The notes below the pieces were generated by a model, which was not told the origin of the DNA, ran no database searches, and saw only the letters and a list, made by a program, of their open reading frames with translations. Positions 63,901 to 64,000 of a DNA stretch of 64,000 bases are shown here, piece after piece; the first letter of the stretch is position 1, and every line of letters starts with the position of its first letter. Position numbers and translations under genes: made by a program. This DNA comes from Candidatus Levyibacteriota bacterium (GTDB lineage: Bacteria; Patescibacteriota; Microgenomatia; Levybacterales; UBA12049). Location: contig JACOXT010000003.1 of NCBI GenBank assembly GCA_016182235.1, positions 529,199 through 593,198 on the forward strand, in the 5' to 3' direction.

Positions 63901-64000
63901 ACGTTGATCCTGACTCCCGTGGTCTGTCCAACGAGTTGCGGTGAGCAAGGTGATGGAGTGCAATTTCTTCCTGTTTATTAGCAATCCTTATCCAAAGTTT
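60935..64000 (-). CDS. Large helical hypothetical protein (>1020 aa, 5' end beyond window)
   Basis: Frame is open to the window edge (KLWIRIANKQEEIALHHLAHRNSLDRPR...). Confidence 0.7.
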   Translation of the reverse strand, partial: KLWIRIANKQEEIALHHLAHRNSLDRPRESGSTFDELWVGMQALLDVLLNRMEANYLGFIGLLDELLAKTTIGKKDIATLKGKIPSSPVTYNYFFEKLDNTDWLTPLKKEGFFKTPPPPMEHPDGGMSYPFWSQGIYLKKMAAIPEKQREVLEICLDVETENTRVRSDLLEIALLLPAEMSVQIVENIEEIDYFLSPEKYGKLIKYFAGNGKISEAVTLANRVLAIQPDPRPAPEYGGHKIPHDPIPIIRDYDYEEILEKDFPDFVDVAGLDAIKILLDQYENYIKHSNTNRESDSNDDYSEIWRPAIEDHSQNHKFGIKDVLVTGIRDACERFLTKHPDQIETLLTELESRNLLTFKRIELHLLRLFPTGNEKTITHLLMNKGEFGEKQRLTHEFFLLAETCASLLSAEQRKVLWSWIEKGVDVDMEAYKARCKERGVEPSESEVAKYRKNWQMYHLLPFKEIDPAWKKYYEELVTAIGEPEFPSFRSWSGGSSWGYKSSISDEQFNKMKPDEVVEFLKKWKPSSDGDPLETSREGTSRVLASQITNDPAKWSGSLASFKDLDPTFVRSVFSGHRDALRQKKLFDWEPLLDLCLAILTKPIEVKGRKPSGFYADDPDWNWSRNSIAELIIEGVDTEDGKIPLKLREKVWKIIETLTHDPHPTPKEEVKQLESDHDPLTVAINSTRGDAIQAVIRYGIWLKNSIPEDERKDWNLAKNAPEVMKALNDHLDTTKDPSVGIRALYGERLGNLCWLDMEWVKANIQKIFPEEQKYFDAAWETFITFNTAYNDLILMLLPQYQRAVNEIGKHTDGKHHLHNPEQNLAQHLILFYCRGKLPLDKGILKDFYKCAPLELRAEVIDFIGRSAKELEMSDDVRAKFVALAKNRLAVVKASKTPHIDIQEFKDFSWWVYSEKFDDKWSLDMLSEALKLGCDIEGDHLILERYQSLAPKLPLEVITSTELMVENDKKGWGVPTWGDELSNVIRLVLNSKNDVAIIKAQEFIHRLVAKGHPQYKDLLPVKNN

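Overview
AT-rich bacterial chromosome segment. Gene content and style (GT-C glycosyltransferase cluster, F-type ATP synthase with a short delta subunit, MurT/GatD, PolX-PHP, many apparently leaderless genes, short palindromic inserts in genes) suggest a Patescibacteria/CPR genome of the Microgenomates type; this is inference, not a search result. In order, the window holds: a surface-glycosylation cluster; a long minus-strand block (gatCAB, dnaE, atp operon, pyrD-like/LOG/pyrF/pyrE, tRNA-Thr locus); htpX/lemA/polX; tRNA-Asp and tRNA-Gly; a two-component pair; pyrG/rplS/uvrB/lexA/rsmI; a split giant hypothetical gene; a carbon-metabolism cluster with a degenerate enolase; a vapBC-like toxin-antitoxin pair; tRNA-Lys; and an island-like right end. 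The most striking feature is at 9326-9544 (-). A tRNA-Thr gene is interrupted twice, by a ~42-nt hairpin insert in the D-loop and a 105-nt insert in the anticodon loop. The anticodon-loop insert is closed by 8-bp inverted repeats and contains a second, complete tRNA-Thr(CGT), i.e. a tRNA nested inside a tRNA intron. Several conserved genes also show short deletions with frameshifts that may be assembly artefacts.
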